Assembly (NCBI GenBank): GCA_951406725.2
Contig: OX597827.1
Coordinates: 74,214,001 to 74,278,000, forward strand
Reading direction: 5' to 3'
Length of the DNA: 64,000 nt
Source: Octopus vulgaris
Lineage: Eukaryota
The position numbers and the translations under genes are program-made. Shown here in pieces: positions 1 through 14,190 of the stretch; within the stretch, counting starts at the first letter, position 1, and each line of letters begins with the position of its first letter. Under the pieces are notes generated by a model. The model searched no databases. It was given only the letters and a program-made list of their open reading frames with translations, and had not been told where the DNA came from.

Positions 1-1270
1 TATCATCAGAGGTATTACTCATGTGGCCATCCAGTTTTTCTTTATATATTGTGTACCTAGTTTTATATTATCTAATCTATCCACTTGTTATTTCAGACAA
101 TAGTGTGGAGTGTAAGGGATGATTCACCGCTATTTCTAGCGGATTATACAAACATTTAAATGTTTTCCGCTGGAACTGTTTATTTTTCAGCCAGAGCTGG
201 CACTTATTCCTTCCTCGAAGTTAATTTTTCTGTATCTGTGGCGCCACTGCTTTCGGAACTGCTCCAAGTACGCTAGCATTTGTTCAGCCATCTCGCGTCC
301 TGAATTGCTATGATTAGGTAGTGATCATTTGGTTTGATCGGTGACGACTAAGTTTTGGGTTTTTTGATGAAAAGACGGCTTCTGCTCCCATTTTATTAAT
401 TAGAAATATGTATGTATCCAGATAATTAAAGTTAATTGTAAGATGAACATCCCGGTTTTTTTGTTTTTCAGAAATACTCTATGTACTGTTACAACACGCA
501 TTATTCCAGTCTCCTTTTAAGGAGGTGAGGTATACTTCTCTGAATATTTTGCTGGTATTTCCATCATGTCGAGGGACCACGTAGGGACACTACCCATTTT
601 GGCCCACGTTCAGTTTGGTGCTTGGAGCACAGATGTGATGATGATTAGAGGACAGGAGACATTGATCAATATATTCCAGCGGTAAACATTCATTAAATGT
701 AGAGCCTATAGCGTGTTTATTGCGACAATGCAAGTAGAAAATGGCTGTTTTACATAGTGCAGAGTTCTGATTTACTTTGGTCATCTTTAATTTCGGCATA
801 ACAAAGATTCTAGACAGTCTGCCTTTGCCGGGAATGTTAAGAACAATATATATTTGAAACTAAGAGTAAATTGTATATTTGTAAACTGAACAGAAAGACT
901 GAGAAACAACAATTGAGACCGAAATGTTAAAATAGGGAAAGACACAGAAGAAGAGAAGAAAGATATTACAGGGAAAGCAATCTGTGCCATAAACAGTTGT
1001 AAGATTTCTAATATATTTCCGCATAAAAATTAATATCTCGGCGGTAATAGTAGAAAGTAATCGAGTTAATGAGACAGAGTAAGTCCCATAGATTTTCCAA
1101 ACAGAATATTAAATAATGATCATACCAGATCATATAAGGTTGATAATGTTAATATTCAAAGGTTATTGCAGATATGGATATTTCTAGAAACTGATATAAG
1201 AAAGATTTACAATGAAATCTAATAATCCCTCAGTAATATTATTGAGCAGGAGATTAAAAGTTTATCTAAC

Positions 1271-1414
1271 CCGTGCACCTCTGGTAACGAGAGGACCAGT
1301 AATATCCTATGATGCAACCTTCCTCACAGCGTCCCGTGACTTGATCACATTTAGAGCCTTCACAGTGTTCACAACGTTCCATACACATATCTCCATAGAA
1401 TCCAGGAACACATT
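1271..1414 (-). CDS. Host gene exon: EGF-like module
   Basis: ttgcAG acceptor, GTTAG donor; 144 nt, phase 1-1; QCVPGFYGDMCMERCEHCEGSKCDQVTGRCEEGCIIGYYWSSRYQRCT. Not in the ORF track. Confidence 0.88.
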
Positions 1415-2208
1415 CTGCAATACAAAAATGATTGAAAAAGAAAATATCACGGTTGCTGTATGTATTTCACGAGCGTTAGCACATAAATATTCAGTTGTAA
1501 TGATATTCTATAGAATGAATATGTTTTAAATTGTTAGGGCTTGAAAGAAGAAATAAGGAGTAATCTTTTAGTGACCTCAAAAATGAACATAACCATGCAC
1601 AAGTCGAATGTTTGAAAACACATAATCTTAACGAATCGTGTAAAATGAAATAAGATGAGTGGATGGAAGTTGGCGAGAGTGTAATGGTATATAAAATTAT
1701 ATATATTTAGTTTATAAAGTACACCATTGAAATATTTGTTATATCAATCTTAATTAGCTTTATCAACACTCCAGTCAACAGCAGTGGAAAGTTTTATGGT
1801 CAAAAGAATGACTTTGTTCATTGGATATAGAGTTCTTGACTGTAGGTAAGCAGTATGCAAGTATATTTGACAAGTGTTTGCTCAGCCTGTAATAGTGAAT
1901 TGAAATTGTATCACTAAAGCGTTACTATTTAGGAAAACTGTGGCGGAGGAGGGACAAAGAGGTGGGGAAGCAGAAAGATTTCAAAACCGAACCAACCGTC
2001 TAATGGTAATTAGTATGTTCATTTATGTTCGGAGTTCAAACCCCGCTCAATACATTTTACCTTTTAAACTTTCAGGATCGATAACATAGTTATCAGTTCA
2101 GTATGGAAGTCAAGATAAACGGTTGTACTTTATCTCAAAATCGATAGCTCTGTAACATTTTCATAAATCAATATTTACCAAGTGAAATAACAAATAAACA
2201 TAACTTAC

Positions 2209-2391
2209 GTAACACTTCCACTTCACAAAGAGTAAGCATTTTCCTATCTCCATTTAACGATATCCTGACATAATTTGCAGTGAGTTGTTTGCTACATTTA
2301 ATATGAATTACATCTTCATTGTATTCATAATATTGACTTTGAAAACAAAGTGATGATCCTACAAAAACTTTAAATCCTTTCAGCCTGTTAC
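2209..2391 (-). CDS. Host gene exon: C-terminal part of the F-type lectin domain
   Basis: ttctAG acceptor, GTAAG donor; 183 nt, phase 1-1; RNRLKGFKVFVGSSLC...IKC...ANYVRISL...LTLCEVEVL, the typical F-type lectin C-terminus. Confidence 0.9.
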
Positions 2392-2529
2392 CTAGAACCA
2401 AAATATAAGAGTAAACTTGGAATCAGATCTTATTTATATTGAGATTAATTTGAAAAGAAAGATCATCAAGCGAAGAGTTTACCATTTTAATAATTTGTCT
2501 TATTAATAATCGGTTACACAATATGTACT

Positions 2530-2822
2530 AGCACTCCGCCGGTTACGGCTACGAGGGTTCCAGTTGATTTGATAAACGGAAGAGCCTGCTCGTGAAATTA
2601 CCGTTCAAGTGGCTGAGTACTCCACAAACATCTGTACGCTTAACGTAGTTCTTAGGGAGATTCAGCGTGATGCAGGGTGTAACGAGGCTGGCCCTTTGAA
2701 ATACAGATACAACTCATTCTTTCAGCTGAGAGGACTTGGGCAATGTGAAATAAGTCGCCGGGAATTGAACTCACGACTTTTCGATCGTTAGCCGATTACC
2801 CTAACCACTAAGCCACACGCCT
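2530..2822 (-). mobile_element. tRNA-derived SINE
   Basis: Head GGCGTGTGGCTTAGTGGTTAGG (A box) and GAGTTCAATTCC (B box). Confidence 0.8.
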
Positions 2823-2897
2823 TTACATCGATAACACAATGAGTTGAAAAAAATCAAAAATACATATACATATATGTACATAAGTACAGATAGTTAT

Positions 2898-2898
<1 letters not shown>

Positions 2899-2994
<96 letters not shown>

Positions 2995-2995
2995 C
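2899..2995. repeat. (GATA)n microsatellite
   Basis: Direct reading. Confidence 0.95.
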
Positions 2996-3150
2996 AGTTA
3001 GATAAATTTAATTGAAAACAAGGAAATTATCTTTAACAAGGTGGTGTATACTTCTGTGTCTGTATCTGTGGTTGTTTGCCTTGTGCATCATTAATGTGTG
3101 TAGTAACGTATGAATGTGCGTGGATGAATACACAGGATATTCTAGATATA

Positions 3151-3645
3151 CGAGGGTGGGCTGAAAGATTCATAGGACGACTATGAAGGAGTGATGCTAG
3201 AGATGTGTAATCTTGCATGCATTAATTTTCAACTCTACTTCTTAATATCTGTATTGTTTCCTTCCAGGTAAACTGACATCTGACTGATCAAAGAAGACTT
3301 CAAATATTACTAATAACGACTTATCTTGAAAATGAACGAAAGTTGACACTGTGCTGTTATCAAATACCTTGAGAGAGAGAAATGAAAATACTTTGTACAA
3401 GAAACATGATGAACTTGTCATGACGAATGTTCCTGCGTGGTGGATGCCACTTCTATTGACACCTGAGGTAAAGTGCACCAGTCGTATAACATCACGGGAA
3501 AATCTGACATTGTTTGAGGCAGGTTTAGCTAGTTTCCTTAAATATTTCCTAAGCCAAGATGAGTTTTGGGTTTATCACTTTGAGATAGAGTCAAAAAGAC
3601 AATGGATGGAGGAGAAACACCCCACCTCCTCTGCTTCAAAGGTCG
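3151..3645 (+). mobile_element. Mariner-like transposon 5' remnant
   Basis: TA-CGAGGG terminus; AWWMPLLLT (WVPxxLT) and DEFWVYHFEIESKRQ. Confidence 0.75.
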
Positions 3646-3771
3646 TTACACACACATGCATACACATATATCATGCATACACATATGCATACATAGATAC
3701 AAGAAAGATGTACGCCTGTTATTTATGTATGTATGTATGTATATATGACAATATACCCCTCACTCTCTCTT

Positions 3772-3812
<41 letters not shown>

Positions 3813-3879
3813 TCCTCTATTTCCTCTGTGGTTTGATACTGTATGTATATATATATGTGTGTATGTGTGTGTGTTTGTG

Positions 3880-4770
3880 TGTGCGGGCAGGGTTCTACAA
3901 TCGTAAGGAAAAAGCAGGGGAATTTTCTTTCTTGATGCTCCTGGTGACACACATAAAAAGTTTTGAAACATTACTTCTCCCCAAAGTGAGACAAAAAAAA
4001 TTTGTAGTTACTGTACTATTGTCTGGCTTGGCTGCCACCATTCTCACAGGTGGACGAACAGCTCATTCTGCTTTTAAATTACCACTAAACCTCGTGACAA
4101 CTGACAGTCTAATTTGTAACATAAGCAAAGATGGAGGTTCAGCAGAAGTGTTGTTCCCATGCCACCATATCATTTAGGGTAAACGTACCATGTCACATAG
4201 AGGTGAAATGGAAGCTCTTGGTAACACCTTACAGGACATCAGAGGCAACAATAAATTTATGGGAGAAGTACAAATCAGTTACTTCAGTCCTTGATGAAAA
4301 TCAAGCTGTCCATTACGCAACAGAGTTCCTTAATTCTCTTGAGCCACCTGGAATTCCTCCACATAAACATTTTCTAAAGGTCGGAGTCCCAATAATGCTT
4401 CTAGGAAATTTAGATCCTCCTAAATTATGCAATGCGACAGGGTTGATTGTCAAGACATTATCACCTAATGTGACAGAAGCTACCATCATCACTGGATGTG
4501 CCTCTGAAGAAGAGGTTTTCGTTCCAAGAATTTCAATCAAACCAACAGATATGCCCTTTGAGTTCGAACGAACACAATTCCCAGTGCGACTTCCCTTTGC
4601 AATGTCTGTTAATAAAGCTCAAGGTTAGTATTTGAAGTCTACTGGCTTGATTTTCTTATAGTCAAATTCTTATGGTGAAATTTGCTCCAGTGTAGGTAGT
4701 TTGCAAGACCTATTTGTCTATCCTCCAAACCAGAAAACAAAGAATATTGTTTACCTAGAATCTCTTACAT
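3880..4770 (+). mobile_element. Decayed Helitron PIF1-helicase fragment with internal deletion
   Basis: GGRTAHSAFKLPL, EFLNSLEPPGIPPH, LKVGVPIMLLGNL, FAMSVNKAQG, broken by frameshifts and stops. Confidence 0.85.
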
Positions 4771-4836
4771 AATTTCCTTCAATTAATGTGGTAGAATTTA
4801 TCTCCTTGCATAAAAGTGGCAAATTTTGTACTTTCG

Positions 4837-4838
<2 letters not shown>

Positions 4839-4893
<55 letters not shown>

Positions 4894-5445
4894 GAGTGAG
4901 AAAGCAGTGCATGCCATCAAAGTGACACTGGGGTTAAATATACAAAGCCCAGTATACCCATCATGATTACTAGTCTGATAAGGGTACACCAGACACATGC
5001 ATCACAACCATCTGTACCCGACATAGTGATCTGATATCAAGATATACAGGTGGGCCTAGTTAGAATTTGTTTCTAGTTGAGTAACCCTTCCTGCTCAAAA
5101 GGTCCCTGAATAAGGGTTGTTTAAGGATGTTGAACGAACCACCCATGTTTCCAGATGTGAATTATACAAACCTCCAAGGATTCATTTCAACACCCGGCTA
5201 TGATGCTCCCCCACTACTTCTGCTTGTGATCAGAGATGCACGTACACTCAGCCACTAGAGGACATGCTCAACTGGTTACGGTCAAACAACTGACAAGCAA
5301 ATCTGTGGAATTGAGCAGAATATTTGCTGTAGGCCATCATTTTATACCAAGACAAAACAATGTGCATCATCACACTTCCAATCAGTTAATATCAGAAGCC
5401 ACGAGAGCCACTGCCTCGTACTGCATCAGGGCATACACTGCATCG
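4839..5445 (-). mobile_element. Unclassified non-coding retroposon-like element with (AAT)n tail
   Basis: Discrete higher-complexity block between an (ATT)n tract and a compound microsatellite; no protein motif seen. Confidence 0.4.
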
Positions 5446-5447
5446 AT

Positions 5448-5808
<361 letters not shown>

Positions 5809-5814
5809 TCCGAG

Positions 5815-6028
5815 ATACTCTTTTACTTGTTTCAGTTATTTAACTGCGGCCATGCTGGAGCACCGCCTTTAATCGAGCAGCTCGACCCCGGGACTTATTC
5901 TTGTGTAAGCCCAGTACTTATTCTATCGGTTTCTTTTTCCGAATCGCTAAGTAACGGGAACCTAAACACACCAGCATCGGTTGTCGAGCAATGCTAGGGG
6001 GACAAACACAGACACACAAACACACACA

Positions 6029-6068
<40 letters not shown>

Positions 6069-6240
6069 TAAACATATATACGACGTGCTTCTTTCAGTTT
6101 CCGTCTACCAAATCCACTCACAAGGCTTTGGTCGGCCCGAAGCTATAGTGGAAGACACTTGCCCAAGGTGCCACGCAGTGGGACTGAACCCAGAACCATG
6201 TGGCTGGTAAACAAGCTACTTACCACACAGCCACTCTCCC
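5815..6240 (-). mobile_element. tRNA-derived CORE-like SINE with internal microsatellite
   Basis: Same family as 57076-57580; ACCTTGGGCAAGTG core; central (TA)n(TG)n. Confidence 0.85.
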
Positions 6241-6265
6241 AGGCAACGCCGTGTGCCTTTCCAAG

Positions 6266-6314
<49 letters not shown>

Positions 6315-6399
6315 ATATATACGGACCAAAACAGTTTGATTCAAATTCGTTGATACTCTTGAATTCTAAGCACGGTACAAGGTGGTAAAGTGGAATATC

Positions 6400-6850
6400 C
6401 AGGTTGTCGGCTATCAGAGGGCTGAAATTTGCCAGAAATGAATATCTCTGGTGACAACAATACGATGAAGCGTATTTCTTTCTGAGGGTTGTTAGGGGAT
6501 ATGCAGTTTTTCACAGAGGCAGAGCTGGCAGATGGGGACACCGGGTGAATATAGTGGGGCTATGTCGACAGTATTCACCGTAATGCTGGGTATTTCATCT
6601 CGGAGATCACGGAGTCTCCAGAGAAAAACAGACAGAGAAGTAGAGTTCCCACTGTCCCTGGATCTGAACGAGTGCATATACAGGGAGTATGTTCCCTTGG
6701 AGTCAGTAGCTGTCATACCCGTATAGTACCTAGTAGGGCCATCGGATGTAGTATGAGTGGCTCTGTATACTACGGCGCTTGAGACAGAAGATCCTTCTGG
6801 AGGGCACGTGGTAGGGTTTGGGAAGTAGCAGGTTGGGGTTGGGGCAGGTG
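6400..6850 (-). mobile_element. Penelope-type GIY-YIG endonuclease fragment
   Basis: VVYRA...YYTGMT...HSF...NSTSLS..LW.L...CQLCLCEK. Confidence 0.7.
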
Positions 6851-7431
6851 AGGGTGCATTTTTACGTCTGATGATGCGTGCGGTTAGATGTGTGTGTACG
6901 TATGCATGTATATGTGCACACGTGTTCGTTTAAGCACGCGCGCGCGTATGTGAGTGCAAATGTGCGCGTGTGCGCCTATGTACAAACGTGCTCTCACGCA
7001 TCAATATACACATGTACACAAAACTATATGAACGCTTCTAAACACCCACTTATAGAACTATATACTTGCACATGCCGCCACTTCTTACTAACCGCCGACA
7101 ACCTGACTGACTTCTAGTCTATTTCTTGTCCTCCACGTTGTCAATTTCCTGTTCACCTTGCGGTATTTTCCAGCTGACTGTTACCCATATACCAACATCA
7201 AAACACGACACCGCATGACCTTCCTCGACCAATCGCAGTCCACCCTACACTAATAATAATCAACTTTTGTCATTCAAATTCAAAATGGCTGACGACTAAC
7301 ATCGTGCTTGAAACTCTAGAGTACCAAGTAATTTGAATCAAACTATTTTGATCCATACTTGTAACTCCTAATAAATTGGTCGAGTGCCATTTATTCGTCT
7401 GTCCACTCACTCGTATATATATATATATATA

Positions 7432-7589
7432 CTTTATTTAAAGCAGCAGAAAATTCAACAAAACCTGATACTCTGAGTTTCCCGTTGCCGTCCTTCGGCC
7501 AGTTTTTGCTAGCAAAAACTGTCCGATGAACGGCAACGGGAAACTCAGAGTAACAGGTTTTGTTGAATTTTCTGCTGCTTTAAATAAAG
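7432..7589. repeat. 158-bp near-perfect palindrome, probably an inverted Penelope terminal repeat
   Basis: Arms pair around TTGCTAGCAA (centre 7510/7511); abuts (TA)n; carries the hammerhead-like motif. Confidence 0.85.
7519..7556 (+). ncRNA. Hammerhead-like motif in the arm of a palindrome
   Basis: CUGU CCGAUGA A CG-gcaa-CG G GAAA CUC-a-GAG UA ACAG; GUA site; core deviates at U4 (C). Confidence 0.55.
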
Positions 7590-7789
7590 CATATTACTCT
7601 ACCACTGGTATTTGAGTACTCTTTTTTCCACCTTGTTTCATATTTATGTGTTTACTCCAGAGGAATATATAAATTTACTCCAGAGGAATATATAAACCAA
7701 ATTCCAACCTAGTCTGATTTTAACGTTTTACCATATAAATTTTTTAGAAATTCACAATATTATAATATTTCAGTGAAGAAGCAAGGAGA

Positions 7790-8720
7790 CGAGATTTTGG
7801 ATACCCCATGGACAGCTTTGATTGCGCTGAAAGTGCAGATCTTGTTAAACTGTTGTAGCTGAGAATGCTTAGGGATAAATTAGCAAGCGTTCACCTCGGA
7901 CTGTATCGCAATGATGGAATGGATAGAGACAAAATTGGTTGATACAGTAAAACAAAACAAAAAAAAGAAATCATTAATAAGTATTTTCAAAAATTTCGAA
8001 CTCAAGACAAGTCATGACTAATCCGATGATGTTGATATTTCTACATCTGACTCTTGATCTAAGCAATGGCTTAAACCGACCATATCATAATCCAAGTAAA
8101 GATGACATCTACATCAACAAAGGCTAAAACTCGGCATATGGTTGACAATACCAGAAAATATATTTCCAATATTCTAATAGGGAAATATTCAACAGAGCCG
8201 CCCCATACTACCAAAACTTCCATTAAACAATGTGGCTCCATCAACAAAATAAAATACTATCCCCAACAAGAAATTGAAGCACAAAGACAAAAATGTAATA
8301 CGGTGTAACCCTCTCTACATCATCAACATGTCAAACAACCTCGCCAGACGTTTTCTCTTTCGTATAAGAAAGCTCTTTCTCAGTAAGCACAGACACCACA
8401 AATATTCAATAAGAGCACGGTGTACGCTAGTTGCAGCTGCCTTGGTAATAGAGAATCACACATACTAAACTACGATACGAGAACTACTCCTACAAACAAT
8501 TAAAATCCGATTCCACAAGGTTGTAATTGTTGAAAATGGTCGCAATGACCACTCTATTACAGGGGTTTCTATATCAGTTTCTAAGCACATCTCGTACCTA
8601 AATGACAGTGATTATCAACAAGAGGAGACTTTTAGCTAATGCTAGTTCCTATAATGGAATGAATACAAGATGAAATATGTACGTAAGGAAAAAGCGGCAT
8701 ATCGTGTTTGCAATTAATAT
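7790..8720 (+). mobile_element. Decayed Penelope-like RT fragment
   Basis: GYPMDSFDCAESADLV and LGLYRNDG (RT YxDD region); many stops. Confidence 0.6.
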
Positions 8721-9109
8721 CCTAAAATCAAGAGAGGAGATACGTTCACTCTACCTACAAGCGGAGACTTTCAGTATACAATTATTTAAACATATCCCTC
8801 CCCTATACGAATTCCATCTACGTACATGTATATCAATATCTGCTATAAATCTCTATTTTTACTATGTCTGCTGGTTACCTGTATCGTCAGATAAGTTCAA
8901 TATCTTTATTGGCATTACTCTCACCCTTATAAAATTTCAATCCCTTTGTTTGTTCTGCTCATCTTCCTCACTTATTTTTCTTTTACTTATTTGACTTATA
9001 TTTCACTCACATTTCCTATCATATTTAGCTTTTTTAGTCTTTAAATCCGTTTCGTTTTTCTACTTTCCCCTGTTTTTCTTGTTCTTTTTCATGCGGTTTG
9101 TTTTAAGGC

Positions 9110-9890
9110 TTATTGCTGGGCTATGGGCATCCAGCTCTGACAGCATAATCTATATGGTCAGTGGCTTCGGCGGTAAGTGCAATGTCATCTTCAAATGAAA
9201 GGTGTATTAATAATAGCCGTTGATGTTCATGCCACCTATCCAGTCAATGTCTCTGATGAGTATTTATAGACATTCGGTGTTGAGCTTAGGAGAGATGGTA
9301 TCGCCTTGTTTGTGACTCTTTTAATTCGGAAATTTTATTATTAGCATAGCAGCGCTATATCAGTGTTGTATCCGGAGCTTATATCCCTTTGGAGTTTGGT
9401 GTATTGCGACACCTTGTATTTCCTGAGATTTCAGCACTGCCTTCAACACGATGTTACGGAAGGTCTCTCGTTGTCGACAAATGTGACTCACAGTCGCAGT
9501 TTGTATTGTTTCGCTCTGTTAGAAGTGAATTTGTGATCCATCGTAGTGTAGTATTTGCGGAAAATTTACTTGGAGTTGCGGGTGATGGCCACCAAGATAT
9601 ATCGATAGTCTGGTGTATATAACCTTTGTAACAGCTTGCAGAGCGGGTGAAATTGTGTTAGGTGTTCTTTATCCCACTTCTCATGAATCCAGATGATATT
9701 CAACACTTTCTTCGGTGAGAGTATTTTATCTTCCTTCAGAAAGCGATTGAAGCGTACTTCCACAGATCTTCGCTACACCTTAGCATCTCTGTTGCTATTC
9801 CACACTTTCTGGAGCTATTTTTCCTTTCATCAGCTTGCGACCATTTTCAGTTTCACTGACCAGAATATATACATTGCGAAGTTTATTATA
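9110..9890 (-). mobile_element. Decayed RTE-like LINE RT fragment
   Basis: RQGDTISPKL and HLSFEDDIAL on the minus strand. Confidence 0.65.
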
Positions 9891-10242
9891 ACAGATATAT
9901 GCACACACACACAAACACATACGCGCGCGCACACACACTTAGACGTATTTATACCTACATATAGAGACAGAAAAAGAGACATATAAAATGAGAAAGAGAG
10001 TGAGAGAGGGAGAGAAAGAGAGGATAGGTAGAAAACTTCCTCTGACAAGAGAATATATTGGATATTTGCAACACAGCAAAAGCCACTGAAGTCATTCAAA
10101 TACTACGTGGCGGTAGTTTATGTCTGATGATGTATATTCACATTCAGCTACATTTATCCACGCCCAAGGTAATGTAAACTCATGTGTTCCTATAGGTGTA
10201 TGTGTGAGTTTGTGTATGAATATGAGTAGTGTTTATAGTTAT

Positions 10243-11268
10243 TGTTACGGAGGTAAAATTAACGGGAAAACATTATGCCCTAGTTCCGTTGGTTGGAGTT
10301 GAACCGGCGCTCCAGTTGTTCAGGACTACGGGAAAAAAAATAAAAAATTAAAAAAATAATCTTTTGTCCTGTCAACGGCAACGGTAAAAAAAAATAATGA
10401 GTTTAGAAAGCGATCTCTGATCCCAACGGTCAGGGAAAGTTGAAAAAGAAATAATAATTCCACCCTTTTAAATGCGACGGACTGGTGTTAGCGCGGCAGA
10501 CAGCGAGCGGCCGGAAAAAGGTTCAGTTGGCAAGAGGCGGCCAGTTGATGCAGCCAGCCAGCCAGGAGATAATAGTGGCAAGAGGCGAGGAAGACAGGCA
10601 GTGAATGTGATAGCGGCGAGCGGGAGGAAGTAAAGATGACAGTGAAGGGACAGGTACGAGAGACGGTTAGCAGGAACTGAAAATTTGTAGTAGGCTCAGA
10701 AAGTGTTGCAGACGGAATTTGGGTCGGTATTGTTTATTTACGTTTTGATTTGTGTTTTGAACTTTGATGTTTTGATTGTAAAAATATGGGGACTCTGTGA
10801 CATAATCTGTTGAAAAGAAAATTAAGAAAAAAGACTGTAAAAAGAAGAAAAGAGAAAGAGACTCTAAACTGTAAAAAAAAGAAAAGAGAAAGACTATTTC
10901 TTTCGATTGTTTTCCAAATTCTGTAATTGATTTGGTTAATCGAACAGTTGTATTACGTTTAAATGCCATTGATTGTTTTGATTTTTTAAACTCTGTGCAC
11001 GATCTGTTAAATGACTGTTAACCTCGTAGTTAAATGCTTCTGTTTGAAATGTTTTGATTGATTTAGTGAAGTTATATAAATTGTTAAATGTAAGCAACTG
11101 CCTCCACTGTCTCTCTCCTTTTGTTGTTGTTGTCTTCGGTTTTTTGTTTTCTGTGGTGGACTTCCGTTTGACTGAGCGTAGTCGTCGTCGCCGACTTAGG
11201 GCCCGTTATCGACTCGGAAGGCCTAGCGTCATAGGGTCCTGAGTTGAGTAGAGCGGCACGTCGTATCA
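10243..11268. mobile_element. Probable solo LTR (about 1.0 kb)
   Basis: TGTTACG...CGTATCA termini; flanks TTAT/ATAT (imperfect 4-bp TSD); composition differs from the flanks. Confidence 0.5.
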
Positions 11269-12189
11269 ATATTTTAAATTTCAGTTAAACAAACACGAAT
11301 GTTTAAAAAATTATTAAGACACTATACTTTAATACATTTTCGACATGATGGGAATATAATAGTTAACATTATTGAAAGAGATGAATCTGTTATTAATGTT
11401 ATGCTAATGTTAGTAACAGAAGAGACAGTATAAGCTGAAAGTAATGATTTGTAAGCTAAAGATGCGAGCAATATTCCACTGTGGGTCTTAGTTGAGTACT
11501 ATAGGGTGTTAACAATTCGTCAGAGTTAACTAAATTCCTGGCTCTAAAGGGGAAACCAAATCTATACGAAAAGGTTTAGACGTGTTTCTTCAGTTTCAAC
11601 AGCGATTCTTGGACCCCGTATTTGTAACAACGTTCAAGGTTTTAGGTTTGTGTTGTTGGTGTTTAGAAAGTACGTAGTACAGGGTTGCATTCGTGGTATG
11701 CATAGTGAATTAGTTTTATGCCATTGAAAGTAACAAGGTTGATTGACTCTATGTAAAGATTCTCTCGAACTCTCTATCAAGTTACTCAATGTATGTTCGG
11801 CTTGTGTTAAGCTAATTCCATCCTTTTTTTATTGTATATTGATAATATTTTAATTAAGGCTAATTATATATGATTATTTGATTTCACCATTGGGAACAAA
11901 CTCAGTCACTTTTAGTTTTTACCATATATCCTTCAAAGTCCGTACAGTAGAAGATTCTATTTTCGTGCTATTCTCCGTCAAGGATTAATCTAATTGACAA
12001 GCTTAATAAGGGCATTTGTATTAGACGGTCGATTAGTATAATGGTATTATGACTTTTTTGACTCCATTAGACCTGGCTGCTCTAAATAACGCCTTTTGAT
12101 TCCCTCTCCCTCTTTATTTAAATATATATACACGAACAGATATAGACACGTACATGCATACATACATACATGCATATATATACATATAT

Positions 12190-12298
<109 letters not shown>

Positions 12299-13003
12299 CA
12301 TACATATATATTCATACATACATACATATATATACGTACATATTACATATATATACATATATATAAATACATACGTGCATCCACACACACACACATATAT
12401 ATATGTGTGTGGTGAACAATCTCAACTAAAGCAGTATGAATGTAAAAATATGAACTCTGAGTACATGCATTCGTATATATAAATAAATAAATATATATAT
12501 ATATATGTATACAGTATATCTATAACTATAAAAGATATATATTTGTAAAAGAGTGTGTGTGTGTGTTTTCCTTATGCATTTGAAAACGGCGTTGCCGAGT
12601 TTGAGGTATGTGGTATCAAGAGATTCAGTAATCCTTTGGCTACCAAATAAGCTTTATTTTCATTTACATATTTTCTACATTATCTCAGTAACCAGCTATA
12701 GTTTTACACTTTCAATTTGAACCAAAATTACTAAGTCAATAATAAATGTTTCTCTGAATTTGTCACATCTGTACTATAATAAAGAACGCTGCTTGTCATC
12801 TATATGTATATAAGGGCTACCAAATAAACTATATTTTTGGATCAACAACTCTTTTTTACTACTAAAACAACCTCGGAAACGTGCAAAAAGGTGTATGCAT
12901 ATGTATTTATATACGTGTATATGAAAGGTAATGCCTGTGTGTAGAGAGAGTGTGAGTGCCACTTACGCATACATGCAAAAAATATATAGATATCAACACA
13001 CAA

Positions 13004-13066
<63 letters not shown>

Positions 13067-13279
13067 TTTATGTCTATTTCATATACACGTACATGCATTT
13101 TTCACTTTCTCTTCTCTTTCATTTTCTGCTCTCACTTCAAACAAATGTTGCTTTTTCACTTTCTGGCCTCTTACAGTTTCTGCTCTCTTCAAAGCATAAA
13201 GAAATAACTTTTTTACGGATGTTCATGATCCCATAAGAGCGAATTGACAACTTATATACACATTTACACACACACACAA

Positions 13280-13330
<51 letters not shown>

Positions 13331-14190
13331 CACTCTCTCTCTCTCTCTTTCTCTTATTATTTGTTGCTGGGAGCACACGCAAAATTACAGCTCAAATTCA
13401 ATTGCAATGACCTTATTTGTATTCTGTAATTTGCTTGTTTTGAGCGTATTTAAAAAAAAACCTATCTTCGATATTAAAGGAAGTTTACTCAGAAATCCTC
13501 TCCTTTACCTGTTCTTACTAGCAGTGCAAGGTGATATTTGCACCCCCCCCCCACTACTCCTTATTTTTTTTTCGAAATTTCTTTCGATTCCTATGTTTTC
13601 GATGTAGGAGATTAAGATTTGTGCCTAGCATGTCGGGTTTTCTGGTAGTGATCTGATATTTTTTATATCTGCTATATCAGTATAATTCTACGCATGCGTG
13701 AAACATCACATGAAAGTGAAACATTGGGAGAGTTTAGCTTTTTGAGGTGGGGGTAGGGGAATTCAGTGTTTCTTTAAGAAAATTTAACTTTAAAAAATAA
13801 TATATATTTCCCAGATTCGTGATCTCAATGTTTTTCTACGAGGATAAAAAAAAAATGAAAAAAGTTACAAATTAAGAAATTGCGGTGGGGACCAGGCAGG
13901 GGAGACGATATTTTGAAAACGTTATCTCTGGCTAAAATCGTATTAAGCCCCTTTATATGATGGAACAATACATAGTTTGTGATTCTTCTTAAGAACAGAA
14001 AGCACTCTCCTGCACCCCATGCAAATTGTATCCTCCTCACTTCACTTTTAAACAATCTTTAACTTCATTACGCCATTCATCCACTTCACTATATATCAGC
14101 TGTGCCGATTCTGCCCATAAGGAAGAAACAAATAATACGATGTGACTGTAGGCCATAACACCCAGGCAATGTCGAGGTGCATTGTTAGTA

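Noticed and set aside
590-1200. Further host exon downstream of 1271
   Set aside because: No phase-1 exon with matching splice sites or domain pattern was found; there is only a faint resemblance to decayed Penelope RT.
2750-2822. tRNA gene
   Set aside because: A and B boxes are present, but the sequence runs into a SINE body with no convincing full cloverleaf.
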